Assembly (NCBI GenBank): GCA_963769935.1
Contig: CAVYNY010000010.1
Span: 288,001 to 352,000, forward strand
Length of the DNA: 64,000 nt
From: an uncultured delta proteobacterium
Lineage (GTDB): Bacteria; Desulfobacterota; Desulfobacteria; Desulfobacterales; JAFDCJ01
Direction: 5' to 3'
Positions 52,001 through 60,803 of this stretch are shown one piece after another. Under the pieces are notes generated by a model, which did not search any database, was not told the DNA's origin, and worked only from the letters and a program-made list of their open reading frames with translations. The translations under genes and the position numbers were made by a program. Position 1 is the stretch's first letter, and each line of letters opens with the position of its first letter.

Positions 52001-53596
52001 ATGGATATGGATGAGGACAAGGCGTCTTTTCATAAACTGGCAGCAAATATACCCAATATAGTCTACCGCGTCCATCTCAAAGAAGAAAACCGGATGGAAT
52101 TTTTCAACGATATGCTCGAAACCATGACCGGCTACACGACCGGAGAGTTGACAAAAGGCGAGATCTGCTCGATCGAGCCGTTGATAGTGTCCGAGGATTG
52201 TTCTCATGTTTTGAAATCAGTGAAAAAAGCCATAAAGGAGAACAAGCCTTTCGAAGTGGAATATCGCCTGAGACACAAAAATGGGGGCATTCGGCATTTT
52301 TTGGAGCGTGGAAAGCCCGTTTATGGGCGTGATCGCAAACCGCTGTTTATCGATGGCGTAATACTGGATATCACCCACAGAAATGCAGCGGAGAAGGCGC
52401 TTCGGATCAGTGAGGAGAAGTTCCGGCAACTGGCCGAGAATATCCGCGAAGTTTTCTGGATCGTTTCACCCGACTGGAATGAGGTCATTTACATCAGCCC
52501 CGTCTATGAGGAACTGTGGGGTCGGTCATGTGAAAGCTTGTGCCGAAGCCCCCGTTCCTGGCTGGAGGCTGTGGTTGAAGAAGACCGTGAACGAGTCCTG
52601 AAGGATTTGGAAAGAAGATGCGCCGGAAATCTGTCTGACCCAGAGTTTTCCGAATACCGAATCGTCAGGCCCGACGGTTCGGCCCGCTGGGTGTTTGCAC
52701 GGGCCTTTCCCGTAGTAAACGAGCAGGGGGAAATCTACCGCATTGCCGGGATCGCGGAAGACATCACCGAACGAAAAAAGGCTGAGGCGGCCCTTCATAA
52801 AGCCCACAGTGAGCTGGAAATCCGGGTCCAAAAACGGACAGCCGAGCTGTCCTCCGCCAATACGAAGCTCAGAGAACGGACCGAGCAACTCCTGAGGGTG
52901 TCGGCTGAGCTGATACTCGCTGAGCAGCGTGAACGCTCCCGTCTGGCCGTGTTGATTCACGACCATCTCCAGCAGTTGCTGGTAGCGGCTAAAATGGGAC
53001 TGGAGCTCTTATCCGACCGTGTTGCAGAAGATATGCAACCGGACCTTACAAACATATTTGACATGCTCGTTAAGTCCATTCAAATTTCGCGCTCTCTGTC
53101 TGCTGAGCTCTCACCGCCGGTACTGCGCACGCACGGTTTGGCCGCCGCACTGGAATGGCTGGCCCGTTGGATGAAGAAAAATTATCAGCTGATGGTTGAA
53201 TTGCAGATAGATGGGCAGATCCATGTCCGCAATGACCATACCAAGGTGCTTTTGTTTCAGTCGGTTCGCGAACTGCTGTTCAACGTGGTCAAACATGCCC
53301 GTGTGAACTCTGCAATCCTCAAAATGACGAGGGGTGACAAGGATCAACTGCGAATTATTGTCAGCGATCGGGGGGTGGGCTTCGATCCTGCCACAATTGG
53401 AGAAGGCCGGGACCAAGCCGGCGGATTCGGACTTTTTACGGTTCGAGAGAGGGTGGCAATGTTGGGCGGGTATCTTGAGGTGATCAGCGCCCCGGGCGCG
53501 GGAACTGAGATCACCTTGATCGCTCCCCTTGAGGAACCGGGGTCGATGCCAAGGGATGCAACGATCCCTCATGTGGATGAGCCTGCAACAAATTAA
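52001..53596 (+). CDS. Soluble PAS-PAS HisKA_3 sensor histidine kinase
   Basis: Two PAS/PAC repeats; ERSRLA..IHD..QQ; ELLFNVVKHA, DRGVGF, GFGL; GGAGG RBS before ATG 52001. Confidence 0.9.
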   Translation: MDMDEDKASFHKLAANIPNIVYRVHLKEENRMEFFNDMLETMTGYTTGELTKGEICSIEPLIVSEDCSHVLKSVKKAIKENKPFEVEYRLRHKNGGIRHFLERGKPVYGRDRKPLFIDGVILDITHRNAAEKALRISEEKFRQLAENIREVFWIVSPDWNEVIYISPVYEELWGRSCESLCRSPRSWLEAVVEEDRERVLKDLERRCAGNLSDPEFSEYRIVRPDGSARWVFARAFPVVNEQGEIYRIAGIAEDITERKKAEAALHKAHSELEIRVQKRTAELSSANTKLRERTEQLLRVSAELILAEQRERSRLAVLIHDHLQQLLVAAKMGLELLSDRVAEDMQPDLTNIFDMLVKSIQISRSLSAELSPPVLRTHGLAAALEWLARWMKKNYQLMVELQIDGQIHVRNDHTKVLLFQSVRELLFNVVKHARVNSAILKMTRGDKDQLRIIVSDRGVGFDPATIGEGRDQAGGFGLFTVRERVAMLGGYLEVISAPGAGTEITLIAPLEEPGSMPRDATIPHVDEPATN

Positions 53597-53654
53597 ATGG
53601 CTGCAGCCAACGCCGGTGCTTCTTCTTTGGGAGGAAGCACGGGGTCCACTGCGC

Positions 53655-54896
53655 TCAAAACTGGAGAATCCACCTGAGGCCGGCTGTGAAGCCGTTCCTG
53701 TGATCTTCCTCGGGGTTGTCGTAATACTGAATATCGGGCTGGAGGCTCAACCAGGATGTCAGCCGGACAATGTAAAACACCTCGATATTGACCAAATGGG
53801 TTCTCGAATTTCCCGCCGGATCATTGCCGGCCAGCCAGGAATAATTCAGGCCGACATTGAGGGTATCGTCCTCTCGGCCCCCCAAAAGCCCCTTGTATGA
53901 AAAGCCGGCCCCCATATATCTCCAAATCGGGTTGCGGTCACTCGGCGCCCATCCGAACTGGAAAAATACGCCCAGCCCCTGGTCGTCGCTTTCGTTAAGC
54001 TGCTCCTTGAAGACAAGCTGCTCAAACATGAGATAGAAACCGTAGTTGTCGGAAAATTCCTTGGAGTTTGAGCCGTCTCCGGTTGCGGCAAAATCACCGC
54101 TGTGATACCAGAGCCCTAAGCGGTAGTTTCCGGCGTCCTGGTTTTGGAGGCCGAAGCCGGGCTTCCAGGCTGCCTCGGATATCGAAAAATAGCCGCCCTT
54201 GCCGTCGAAGGTGGTGTCGAAGCCGAGGCTTTCAACTTGCGGGTCTCCATCATAGATCCCCATCCCCAAAGACAGCCAACCGGCCGGCTCGACAAAGATC
54301 GAGGTTCCCAGGGCCGGCGCCGGAAAGGTAGGCATGGGCACGGTTGGGATCAGGGTATAAGCGGGAAAGACAAAATCACCCCCGAAATGATTCACATCGA
54401 AAATTGCGTTGACATCCTGCTTTCCCAGCCGGATCCGCGCTTTTTCACCCAGAAAACTTTGTTGGAAGCCGAATTGGCTGATCTGGGTGAAATCGCGTGC
54501 GTCTATGTTGCTGATGGGCAGGGCATCTCCGGCCGGATTGACGTCAAAGCCTTTACCATGGCCGTTTTGCCCGTATATAAAGAATTCACCGTTGGGCCAA
54601 AGGCCGCTTTGACCGGTATCCAGGGTGAGGTGCAAATCCACCAGGCCGCGGTAGCGGGTGGCGTTGTCCGGAATGAGGTTGAAACTGTGGAAGGCTTCAC
54701 CCGTGTAGGTGAGTTGCACCGTAAGGCCGTGGTCTTTGAGTTTGGACCGGTAACCATCCAGCTCTGAAATAATCCCCGCCGACCCCCGGTCAATGGCCGG
54801 GGATGATTCCTTGTCACTATCTTCTGAAGCTTGAACAGCCGCAGCGATGACCACAAGCATCACGGCCAGCATGATTTCCCATATCGCTTTAACCAC
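53655..54896 (-). CDS. Carbohydrate-selective porin (OprB family)
   Basis: Signal peptide; YTGE, GKQD..F, EVFY..QPDIQY; terminal Phe. Confidence 0.85.
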   Translation of the reverse strand: MVKAIWEIMLAVMLVVIAAAVQASEDSDKESSPAIDRGSAGIISELDGYRSKLKDHGLTVQLTYTGEAFHSFNLIPDNATRYRGLVDLHLTLDTGQSGLWPNGEFFIYGQNGHGKGFDVNPAGDALPISNIDARDFTQISQFGFQQSFLGEKARIRLGKQDVNAIFDVNHFGGDFVFPAYTLIPTVPMPTFPAPALGTSIFVEPAGWLSLGMGIYDGDPQVESLGFDTTFDGKGGYFSISEAAWKPGFGLQNQDAGNYRLGLWYHSGDFAATGDGSNSKEFSDNYGFYLMFEQLVFKEQLNESDDQGLGVFFQFGWAPSDRNPIWRYMGAGFSYKGLLGGREDDTLNVGLNYSWLAGNDPAGNSRTHLVNIEVFYIVRLTSWLSLQPDIQYYDNPEEDHRNGFTAGLRWILQF

Positions 54897-54908
54897 GAAG
54901 TCGATCTC

Positions 54909-55862
54909 CTAAGCGGAGAATACCATTTTGGTTCCCGACATGTTCAATAGGAACTTGTCCGGCATTTCCTTTTCCAGGTGCATCACGGCTTTGCGGCCGG
55001 TGCAGTGGGTGGGTATGATATAAGTTGGGTTCAATACTTTTAAAGCGGCGGCGGTCGGTTCGATGGCCCGTTCAAAATCAACTCCTGAAAGATGAAATCC
55101 TCCCATCACCACATAAATCTTGTCTACGCCGGTGATCTCCTGGGCATATTTTACCGTGTTGACGATTCCCGAATGGGCGCATCCGGATAGAATAATCAGG
55201 CCCTTGCCCTTAATGTGAGCCGCAACGGCCGTGTCGTCTTCAATGGGATCCCACTTTGATTGACCATCTTCGTCGTAAAACATGCGTGGAAAGCCTCTTT
55301 CAAAATCGGTCTTTTTGGGTATCTCTCCCAGAAAAAGAAGCCGGCTGTCCAATAGGGGTCTGGGCGTTTCCGACTCGATCAATACGACCCGCGCATCCGT
55401 GATTTTTTCTCTGGGCAAGGCCGGAAGGTCGACTTTAACCGTTTCGGAAACTTTAAGATAGCGCGGTCTGCGGAAGGCCTTCGGGTGCAGAATCAGCTCG
55501 ATTCCCTCCTTGCCCACTTTTTCAGCCAGAGCCAACAATCCGCCGAAATGATCCATATGGCCGTGAGAGAGGACCATGGCTTCGATATTGCTCAAATCCA
55601 GGCTTAGGGCGTCGGCATTGAAGGCGGCGCCTTGCGCGGAGAATCCGAAATCAAAAAGAATGCTGCGCGAGGCACCGCCGGCTGTAACGGTGACCACGGC
55701 CGAAAAACCATGCTCGGCCAGGATGCTGTTTTTAATCTGCCCATCTTTTAGCGGCATTGCCCTTTTCACAACATCCGAGCTGTCAAAAGCCGCCACATCG
55801 ATGTAGTTGTCCTGCAGGGTCAGTATTTCAACCCTGTCCACTTCACTGAGTGTGAATGCCAT
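54909..55862 (-). CDS. Metallo-beta-lactamase-fold hydrolase
   Basis: AEHGFS, SHGHMDH, GCAHSG, GGFHL, HCTG. Confidence 0.88.
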   Translation of the reverse strand: MAFTLSEVDRVEILTLQDNYIDVAAFDSSDVVKRAMPLKDGQIKNSILAEHGFSAVVTVTAGGASRSILFDFGFSAQGAAFNADALSLDLSNIEAMVLSHGHMDHFGGLLALAEKVGKEGIELILHPKAFRRPRYLKVSETVKVDLPALPREKITDARVVLIESETPRPLLDSRLLFLGEIPKKTDFERGFPRMFYDEDGQSKWDPIEDDTAVAAHIKGKGLIILSGCAHSGIVNTVKYAQEITGVDKIYVVMGGFHLSGVDFERAIEPTAAALKVLNPTYIIPTHCTGRKAVMHLEKEMPDKFLLNMSGTKMVFSA

Positions 55863-56078
55863 TTTTTTCTCCTTTCATTTGATCTTTATTGCTTAATTTT
55901 CAGCTAGCAAAAAATTCCGCTGAAAGTCAAGCAAGATCAGAGCTGCTGTCGCCTGATTCGAGGATGTCAAAAACACCTGGCACCGATTCGTCCCGGATTA
56001 GAAATATTGTTTTCCTTTTTTCGAATTTTATGCTTAGAAGTGGTTTCAAAATTCAGAAAATATACGGAGATCGCCGCT

Positions 56079-57302
56079 ATGATTAAAATCAACGAAAATT
56101 ATCTCAAACTTCAATCCTCGTATCTGTTTGCCGACATTACCCGCCGGGTTGCTGCATTTCAGCAGGCCAATCCCGATCGGGAAATCATCAAGCTGGGCAT
56201 CGGCGATGTCACCCGGCCGCTGCCGGCAGCGTGCATTGCGGCCTTTCACCGGGCGGTGGACGAAATGGCCGACCTTGCGACCTTCAGGGGATATGGACCC
56301 GAGCAGGGATACGACTTTTTAAGGGAAAAGATCGCCCGGCAGGATTTTCAGGACCGCGGAATCGAGATATCCGCCGGGGAAGTATTTGTCAGCGACGGCG
56401 CGAAGTGCGACAACGGCAACATTCAGGAAATATTTTCAACCGAGATTACCGTGGCCATCCCCGACCCGGTATACCCGGTGTACCTGGACACCAACGTCAT
56501 GGCGGGACGCACCGGTGCTTATCGCGAGGGACGCTATGAGGGCATCGTGTATCTGGAGGGTACCCGCGAGAATGGGTTCATCCCGGCTCTGCCGCAGCAA
56601 AAAGTCGATTTGATTTACCTTTGTTATCCCAACAATCCCACCGGCGCGACCATTACAAAATCCGAGCTCGGAAAATGGGTGGATTATGCCCGGGATAACC
56701 AGGCCATCATCCTTTATGATGCGGCCTATGAATCATTTATCCAGGATGAAGCCCTGCCGAAGTCGATCTATGAGATCGAAGGTGCCCGGGAAGTCGCGAT
56801 TGAATTCCGAAGCTTTTCGAAAACCGCCGGCTTCACGGGGATCCGCTGCGCTTACACCGTTGTTCCCAAATCATGCGAAGCCTATACACGCAAAGGCGAC
56901 AAGCATTCCCTGCATGCACTCTGGAACCGGCGGCATGCCACCAAGTTCAACAGCGTATCCTATCCGGTGCAGCGTGCTGCGGAGGCCGTATTCAGTGACG
57001 ATGGAAAATCTCAGACAAAGGAATTAACGCAATATTACCTGAAAAATGCCGCCCTGATCCGCCGGGAAATGTCGGCGCTGGGATTTGATTGTATCGGCGG
57101 AGAAAATTCGCCGTATATCTGGGTGAACGGCAAGACGGATTCCTGGGAATTTTTCGACCGTCTGCTCGACCAGGCCGGCGTGGTTTGCACACCGGGGGCG
57201 GGTTTCGGAAAATGCGGTCAGGGCTATATTCGCCTCAGTGCGTTTAACAACTACGAAAACGTTCAAAAGGCCATGGCCAAAATCAAAGAGACGCTGAAAT
57301 AG
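56079..57302 (+). CDS. dapL: LL-diaminopimelate aminotransferase
   Basis: [37 protein letters not shown]; start ATG 56079. Confidence 0.95.
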   Translation: MIKINENYLKLQSSYLFADITRRVAAFQQANPDREIIKLGIGDVTRPLPAACIAAFHRAVDEMADLATFRGYGPEQGYDFLREKIARQDFQDRGIEISAGEVFVSDGAKCDNGNIQEIFSTEITVAIPDPVYPVYLDTNVMAGRTGAYREGRYEGIVYLEGTRENGFIPALPQQKVDLIYLCYPNNPTGATITKSELGKWVDYARDNQAIILYDAAYESFIQDEALPKSIYEIEGAREVAIEFRSFSKTAGFTGIRCAYTVVPKSCEAYTRKGDKHSLHALWNRRHATKFNSVSYPVQRAAEAVFSDDGKSQTKELTQYYLKNAALIRREMSALGFDCIGGENSPYIWVNGKTDSWEFFDRLLDQAGVVCTPGAGFGKCGQGYIRLSAFNNYENVQKAMAKIKETLK

Positions 57303-57309
57303 GGCATCC

Positions 57310-57412
57310 GTTGACTGGTTGAATTGTTGACTCGTTGGATAGTTAAATTGTACTAAAATCTGAGATTTTTTCGAATTTGAGTTTTGTGATTTGGAATTTG
57401 AGATTTGGAATT
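57310..57412. repeat. Two single tandem-unit arms (8-bp GTTGACTN and 7-bp ATTTGNN)
   Basis: GTTGACTGGTTGAATTGTTGACTCGTTGGATAGTT; GAATTTGAGTTTTGTGATTTGGAATTTGAGATTTGGAATTT. Confidence 0.6.
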
Positions 57413-57815
57413 TATACCAAATCTTTGAAAAGAAACTATTTTTAATTCTATCCGTGTTTTGTGAATTACTTATAGGACATAACACCACATGCAAATCTGG
57501 TTGAATTTTACACTCGGCAGTGATACAGGATATTAACAATGGATTCGAAGCGCAGCGATCACCCGCCTGAAATGACTTGACAAACATACCACATCGTGCC
57601 AATTGCTGAGAACCGTTGCGCTCCGACGGAACCAAAAAAAACCGGCGTCTTTGCATACCGAAAGCCGTGAATACTGCCTTAACTCCCAATTTTTCTGAAG
57701 GTTATTTAGTTGAATTTGCCGAAGCCGATCTTCAAAGCTACCCTCTGCCGCCTGTCAACAGCACGGTAGTTTTTGCAATGCTAATCTACTGAACATCAGC
57801 GGGAGATTCAATTCG

Positions 57816-58910
57816 ATGTCAGCAAACCACTTGTGGAAGGCTTTTTTTTGTTGTGCGGTCGTATTTATTTGCCTGGTGATAAGTTCAACGGTTGAGGCGC
57901 TGGACAAAGAAGACTGCCTGAAGTGTCATAAATACCGGTTTATCGGTCGAATCGACGAAAACGGCAAGCGACATAATTATAACGTCGATGAACACGTCTA
58001 TGGCAACAGCTTACACAAAAATGTGGCCTGCAACGACTGCCACACCGCTATTACCAAACTGCCCCATGACCCGGTGGCGGTAGATGTCAATTGCGCCACT
58101 GAATGCCACATCAGACCGCCGTTTACCCAGCAGAATTTTTCGCATCAAAAAATAATCAACATCTATAATGAGAGCGTCCACGGCATTAAACCGGATGATC
58201 CTCCCGAATTGAAGCAGGCCAAGCCCTACTGCAAGTTCTGCCATCTAAATCCTTTATATACAAGAGCGGAAGAAAGCCGAGTTGACTTTGACGTGACCCT
58301 GCAGCGCTGTCTGAACTGCCATCAGAAAAAAGGGGTTACCCAGGCGTACATTCATATCAACCATCGGTTGCGGAAAAAAACTTCCCGCTCCCCGCAGGAG
58401 ATCGTCAAGTTATGCAGTAAATGCCATGCCGACGTCGCCCTGATGGAAAAAATACATGCGCCCAAGGATAGTCTGGATGCCGTGGCAACCTATAACCGGT
58501 CGATCCATGGCGAATCCATTATGCTGGGTTCGCAAATGACGGCGGACTGCATCAGCTGTCACGCGTCAAATGCGCTGCATGACATTTATAAAAAGGAAAA
58601 TCCTAAGGCCACAATCAACAAAGACAATCTGCAGCAGACCTGCCGCCAATGCCATGCGCAAACCAACAGGTGGTTTGTTCAGGTTGCCGTTCATCCGCGT
58701 GGTGAAAAGGAAAAAAATCCGGTGGTATTTTTTGTCGGCATCACGTTTCGTATCATGCTGTATGGGGCCGTATTCGGCCTGATCGGTCTCATGCTGTTTG
58801 AAACATACGGCCGCCGCAGCCGCGGCATAAAATTTTTGTTAAGAAACGGAACATCGTGGCGCGGCAAATCGAAAATAAAGACCAAAAGGAAAAAGAACCA
58901 GGAGGATTGA
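57816..58910 (+). CDS. Multiheme cytochrome c (7 CxxCH + 1 CxxxCH), signal peptide, C-terminal TM anchor
   Basis: CLKCH, CNDCH, CATECH, CKFCH, CLNCH, CSKCH, CISCH, CRQCH. Confidence 0.92.
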   Translation: MSANHLWKAFFCCAVVFICLVISSTVEALDKEDCLKCHKYRFIGRIDENGKRHNYNVDEHVYGNSLHKNVACNDCHTAITKLPHDPVAVDVNCATECHIRPPFTQQNFSHQKIINIYNESVHGIKPDDPPELKQAKPYCKFCHLNPLYTRAEESRVDFDVTLQRCLNCHQKKGVTQAYIHINHRLRKKTSRSPQEIVKLCSKCHADVALMEKIHAPKDSLDAVATYNRSIHGESIMLGSQMTADCISCHASNALHDIYKKENPKATINKDNLQQTCRQCHAQTNRWFVQVAVHPRGEKEKNPVVFFVGITFRIMLYGAVFGLIGLMLFETYGRRSRGIKFLLRNGTSWRGKSKIKTKRKKNQED

Positions 58911-59878
58911 TGTCAAACATCTCGCAGGATGCTGCCGTCTCTGCCGGAGCTCCGGTCGCTGAAGAAGATTATTTTACATATGTCGAAGGCGTGGGAGATA
59001 TTCCCAGGGATATTTACAAATTTGTGGAATCCAATCCGATGGGGGATCTGCCCCGCTATTCCGTCCACATCGTGATCCAGCATTTGCTGGTTGTTGCCAC
59101 CTTCCTCGTCCTGGCGGCGACCGGCCTGCCGATTTATTTCAGCGATCAATTTTGGGCGCACTACGTCATAAACGTTTTCGGCGGCGCCGATACAGCTCGG
59201 ATTGTTCACAGGGTTGCCGCGTTCACCATGATTTTCGCCTGTGCCTATCATATAGTCACCATCATCGGCGGGACGCTGCGCACGATTATCAACAGAGAGT
59301 TCGATTACCGACGGACCATGATCCCAAGGCTCAAAGATCTGCTGGATTTGTACCAGGACATTAAGTACTTCCTGCGGTTATCACCCTACCGGCCCAAAAT
59401 GGAAAAATTCATGTACAAGCAAAAGATGCATTACTTTGCAATCATTTGGGGCAATACCGTTTTGATAACCGCCGGCACCGCTTTATTGTTTCCCGGGTTA
59501 ATGGCCCACGTGTTTCCGGAGACGCTGGGGAAAATGGTAACCCATACCATAGCAACCGGCGGATCGTTTCCGGCTCTTTTCCAGGACCTTGCGCGCTTGA
59601 TGCACGCTGATGAGGCGGTGATGGCGTTGATCGTGGTGGCATTATGGCACTGGTCGAATGTGCATCTGGTGCCGGGCAGATTTCCGCTTCAGTGGGCCTT
59701 TCTAACCGGCAAAATAACCCGCGAACATCAGATCGAAGAGCATTTCCTGGAATATGTGAACAATCTCAAAGAAATACCCGAAGAGCGGGAATATATAAAG
59801 AATCTTCTGGACCAAATGGATCCGCTGAAAATGAAGCAGGCGACGGTTTCGATATCGGATCTGCCGCGCGTGCATTGA
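58910..59878 (+). CDS. Membrane cytochrome b (FdnI/hydrogenase cyt b-like)
   Basis: About four TM helices with His (QHLL, HRVAA, YH, MHY, MHADEA, WH); starts at a TGATG overlap after GGAGG. Confidence 0.85.
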   Translation: MSNISQDAAVSAGAPVAEEDYFTYVEGVGDIPRDIYKFVESNPMGDLPRYSVHIVIQHLLVVATFLVLAATGLPIYFSDQFWAHYVINVFGGADTARIVHRVAAFTMIFACAYHIVTIIGGTLRTIINREFDYRRTMIPRLKDLLDLYQDIKYFLRLSPYRPKMEKFMYKQKMHYFAIIWGNTVLITAGTALLFPGLMAHVFPETLGKMVTHTIATGGSFPALFQDLARLMHADEAVMALIVVALWHWSNVHLVPGRFPLQWAFLTGKITREHQIEEHFLEYVNNLKEIPEEREYIKNLLDQMDPLKMKQATVSISDLPRVH

Positions 59879-59969
59879 ATGCATAATTACTCCACCCTGA
59901 AAAAACCGATACACGGTGTGGATTAATTAAAATCGATTCAATTACCACAGGCAGGGAGGGCTTTTAAAA

Positions 59970-60803
59970 TTGCCAAAGGCAACCAAGCAACGGCGCAACC
60001 ATCCGATAATTTCTTATTTAATCGGATCTATTTTTATCATACTGTCGGTCATCGTATTTATCGGTATTGTACTTCACCTCACCATTTCCAGTCACGGGCC
60101 GCAACTATTGAAGCCATTACTGGGAATGTATCTGGCAAAAAATAAATCCGAAATTTTAGAAGAGGCCAAACGCCAGGAGGATTTAGAGCTTCACCAGCAT
60201 TTTCATCATTTGGTGGCATACCCTCAGCTTCCTGAAAATATGCGGCCGGTTTGCTACATTTGCCATTCTGATCTGCCCCACAGCAAAAACCAGAAAATTC
60301 GTTCGCTGTTAAACATGCACACCCAATTTTTTGTGTGTGAAACCTGTCATATCGAGGAGCGCAAGGATGCCGGTACTATTTACAAATGGTACAATCCTTT
60401 AAACCCGCATCCGACCGGACCGTTTTTCGGCACCCGCTATGAGCCGGCTACGGGAGATCTGGCACCCGTTGCGGATCGGATTTCCAAAATTGCCCCTTTC
60501 TTCAAAAAGGGTGATGCCCTGGAATCCGCCATCCAGATTCAGGATGCACCCCTGGCCCAAGATTATGTGAAAGTGAGAGACAAGCTGACACCCGAGCAAA
60601 GAGACAGTGTCAAAAGTAAATTCCATGAACATATCAAACCCAAAGGATTTCAATGCGAAGCCTGTCATACCGGCACGGGCATTCTCAATTTCAAAGAACT
60701 CGGATTCGGGGACAAGCGGGTTGAAGTTCTGCAGAATTTGCAAATCAAAAGCATACTCACCAATAACGAAGAGATTAATTTGACCACCCTGTTCAAGCAA
60801 TGA
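59970..60803 (+). CDS. Membrane-anchored triheme cytochrome c
   Basis: N-terminal TM; CYICH, CETCH, CEACH; His-rich HQHFHH. Confidence 0.88.
   Translation: MPKATKQRRNHPIISYLIGSIFIILSVIVFIGIVLHLTISSHGPQLLKPLLGMYLAKNKSEILEEAKRQEDLELHQHFHHLVAYPQLPENMRPVCYICHSDLPHSKNQKIRSLLNMHTQFFVCETCHIEERKDAGTIYKWYNPLNPHPTGPFFGTRYEPATGDLAPVADRISKIAPFFKKGDALESAIQIQDAPLAQDYVKVRDKLTPEQRDSVKSKFHEHIKPKGFQCEACHTGTGILNFKELGFGDKRVEVLQNLQIKSILTNNEEINLTTLFKQ

Noticed and set aside
57024..57689. 221-aa minus-strand ORF
   Set aside because: Overlaps dapL antisense and reads through tandem repeats (QISNSKSQNSNSK); no coding hallmarks.
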